Assembly: GCA_032128375.1 (NCBI GenBank) | Contig: JAQBGU010000159.1 | Span: forward strand, 1 to 31,528 | Direction of reading: 5' to 3' | Origin: Deltaproteobacteria bacterium | GTDB taxonomy: Bacteria; Myxococcota_A; UBA9160; SMWR01 | DNA: 31,528 nt | Shown: positions 29,427 through 31,528 of the stretch, piece after piece | Numbering within the stretch: position 1 is the first letter of the stretch | Layout: the number at the start of each line of letters is the position of its first letter | The notes under the pieces: model-generated | Told to the model about the DNA's origin: nothing | The model's input: only the letters and a program-made list of their open reading frames with translations | Database searches by the model: none | Program-made: the position numbers and the translations under genes

Positions 29427-30181
29427 TCGTCCAACCCCAGCGCTGCGTGCTCCGCCTCCAGCCACTTCTGGAAGTCTTGCTGTGACTCGATGACGAGATC
29501 GGCCTTCATCTCGTAGTGACCAAGGCCGCAGAGCTGTGCGCAGCCCACCTGAAATCTGCCCGTCTCCTTGGCTTCGAACCAGATCGCGATCTCCATCCCC
29601 GGGACGACGTCCTGGGTGACGCGCATGACCGGAATCTTGAAGCTGTGGATCACGTCCTTGGAAGTGAGGCGCGCAATCACCGGCGTCCCGACGGGGAAGT
29701 GGAATCCCCGGACCGTGATGTCATCCCAGCCGGCCTCGTCGTCGCCGTCGAGACCCGCTGGGTTGTCGTCGCTGTAGAACTCCGCCCCGGTCGCGCCGAA
29801 CTGCCCATCTTTGCCCGGGTAGTGGAACAGCCATTTGAACTGCTCGCCCACAACGCGCACCATCATGGGATTCTGCTGGGGCTGGGGAAGGTCGTTCTTG
29901 ATCTTGGCCCAGACGGGCATCGCGAACGCGACCAGCACGACCGCCTCCGCGACCGCCACCCCCACCTCGAGCCACCGATTCCAGCTGGCTTCGATGGGCT
30001 GGTGAACGGCCACGTGACCGGGGCGCTGTCGGAAGCGAACCAGGCAGTAAACGATGAAGCCTCCCCAGCCGACGAAGAGGACGAGCATGAACCAGTGGAT
30101 GATGATGATCATGAAATCGATATCGGCGCCGTGCACCGAAACGTCGGGGGGAAGCCACCAGCCGTATTGCGGTTTGATCAT
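29423..30181 (-). CDS. coxB: Cytochrome c oxidase subunit II (CuA, no fused cytochrome c)
   Basis: Two TM helices, EQFKWLFHYP, DVIHSF, CAQLCGLGHYEM CuA motif. Confidence 0.95.
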   Translation of the reverse strand: MIKPQYGWWLPPDVSVHGADIDFMIIIIHWFMLVLFVGWGGFIVYCLVRFRQRPGHVAVHQPIEASWNRWLEVGVAVAEAVVLVAFAMPVWAKIKNDLPQPQQNPMMVRVVGEQFKWLFHYPGKDGQFGATGAEFYSDDNPAGLDGDDEAGWDDITVRGFHFPVGTPVIARLTSKDVIHSFKIPVMRVTQDVVPGMEIAIWFEAKETGRFQVGCAQLCGLGHYEMKADLVIESQQDFQKWLEAEHAALGLDE

Positions 30182-30192
30182 TGGAGTATCCC

Positions 30193-30945
30193 TCAGCTCT
30201 TCTTGGGGTAGGTGAACTCGAGAGTCTTGGTCTCTTTGTCACCGATCGTGATCGTCTGCTCGATCACGTCGTATTTCTCGTGCCAGGCTTCGATCGTGTA
30301 GGTGCCCGGCGGGAGATTCTTCAGCTCGAAAGAGCCATCGGACCCCGTCACCGCGTAGTAGGGATGGTCCACTACCGCGATAAAGGCGTTCATCCACGGA
30401 TGGATGTCGCACTTCACCTTCATCGGCGGACTCGCCTCATCTCTTTTCATCGTGACGGAGACGTTGTCGGCACCCGCCGGCTGCGACCGATTGAACGACC
30501 GATTGACCTTCGCGTAGCCGTGGACGTTGTGCGCGGTGGGATCGCTGGTCTTGATCGTCAGGGACTGGCCGGTCCGCATGCCCTGCACGTGCGGCAAATA
30601 CCAACAGCCCTTCTGGTCCAGCAGGACGTCGCCCTCGGGTAGCGGGAAGCTCCAACCCTCGACGCCCGTCTTGACCCGGACGAAGACGTTTCGCAACGTT
30701 CCGTTGTCATTGGCGACGACCGTTTCCGGCTTCAGTCTCTTGCCGGCGTGAAGCTCTGCGCACTTCTCGTCTGCGCCCGCCATGTCGATGGGCCGCGCCG
30801 TCGGTTTCTTGCCGTCGAACATCACGCTGCCGGTGATGGTGGACGTACCTAACGCGGGATCCCACGTCTTGCCATCTTCGCCGCTGCCCTTCATAGGCAG
30901 AAGGACGATCAAGAACGCTGATACGAAAATCGACCGTTTGTACAC
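30193..30945 (-). CDS. Exported cupredoxin-like protein with carboxypeptidase-regulatory-like beta-sandwich
   Basis: GGAGG RBS before GTG 30945; signal-like N-terminus; LDQKGC..PHV, HNVH, CDIHPWM, LPPGTYTIEAWHE. Confidence 0.85.
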   Translation of the reverse strand: MYKRSIFVSAFLIVLLPMKGSGEDGKTWDPALGTSTITGSVMFDGKKPTARPIDMAGADEKCAELHAGKRLKPETVVANDNGTLRNVFVRVKTGVEGWSFPLPEGDVLLDQKGCWYLPHVQGMRTGQSLTIKTSDPTAHNVHGYAKVNRSFNRSQPAGADNVSVTMKRDEASPPMKVKCDIHPWMNAFIAVVDHPYYAVTGSDGSFELKNLPPGTYTIEAWHEKYDVIEQTITIGDKETKTLEFTYPKKS

Positions 30946-31153
30946 GAATCCTCCCAACTCTTCTGACGAGGCCGGAGTGCGATAATTCGGTGCGACGATG
31001 CAGCTCAGCGCAGCAACTAATGAGTTCTCTACTGGGCGGACTCCGGCAAACCTTTCTGGCACCTCTAGACAATCCTGATCATTTGAGCATATCGTAGCCC
31101 GAAACTCAACCGGACTTTGCGGGGCCGAACGCGATCGTGGTGCGGAGGCGTGG

Positions 31154-31528
31154 ATGGCTGAGAGCGGGGGGTGGCCGGGCGCTCTGACCGGAGTCCGCGG
31201 CGGGATCTTGAAAATCTCGGTCATCCTGGCTGCGGTTTACCTGCTGGTCTTCATGGTTCCGCGGCTGTTCGAGACCGCCGACTACCGGCAGTTCCCGGTG
31301 ATCGGCAGTCGGGTGCTCGTGTGGTGCCTCGCGCAAGCGCATCTCATGTTCGCCGCTTTCGTGCTGGGTGTGCCGATCTTTGCTCTGATCGCCGAAGCGA
31401 TGGGCGTGTTCCTCGGCGATGAGCGCTACGACGGGCTGGCCAAGGAGTTCACCCGGCTGCTGGCGATGAGTTACACATTCACTGCCACGCTCGGCGGTCT
31501 TCTGCTGATAGCGCTGGTGACCCTTTAC
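31154..31528 (+). CDS. Cytochrome bd-like (CydA superfamily) subunit I, 5' part (truncated by window edge)
   Basis: Not in the ORF track. GGAGG RBS then ATG 31154, open to the edge: MAESGGWPGALTGVRGGILKISVILAAVYLLVFMVPRLFETADYRQFPVIGSRVLVWCLAQAHLMFAAFVLGVPIFALIAEAMGVFLGDERYDGLAKEFTRLLAMSYTFTATLGG. Confidence 0.8.
   Translation, partial: MAESGGWPGALTGVRGGILKISVILAAVYLLVFMVPRLFETADYRQFPVIGSRVLVWCLAQAHLMFAAFVLGVPIFALIAEAMGVFLGDERYDGLAKEFTRLLAMSYTFTATLGGLLLIALVTLY

Overview
GC-rich bacterial chromosomal window, densely coding, with no rRNA, tRNA, CRISPR array or mobile element detected. Left to right it holds: partial glnS; a YfhO-like GT-C membrane protein; a steroid ring C/D (HIP) catabolism block (MaoC hydratase, ipdF-like SDR, ipdE1/fadE30-like acyl-CoA dehydrogenase, divergent fadD3-like ligase and a second CoA ligase); E. 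coli-type topA with a lysine-rich tail; ETF:quinone oxidoreductase; Cys glutathione peroxidase followed by a frameshifted SDR remnant; an MFS transporter; oligopeptidase A; a BKACE enzyme; a MoxR AAA+/VWA pair; and an m5U RNA methyltransferase. The right end (24.6-31.5 kb) is an unusual respiratory locus. A minus-strand operon runs cupredoxin-like protein > coxII > coxI > coxIII > coxIV > two small membrane proteins (one CxxC). Its subunit I keeps all metal ligands and the D-channel but lacks the K-channel lysine. The operon is divergent from a partial Nitrospira-type cytochrome bd-like subunit I and convergent with an uncharacterised membrane protein built of three 158-aa, 4-TM, His-conserving repeats with an FNR-like box over its predicted promoter. 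All family assignments come from motif recognition by eye; no database search was run.
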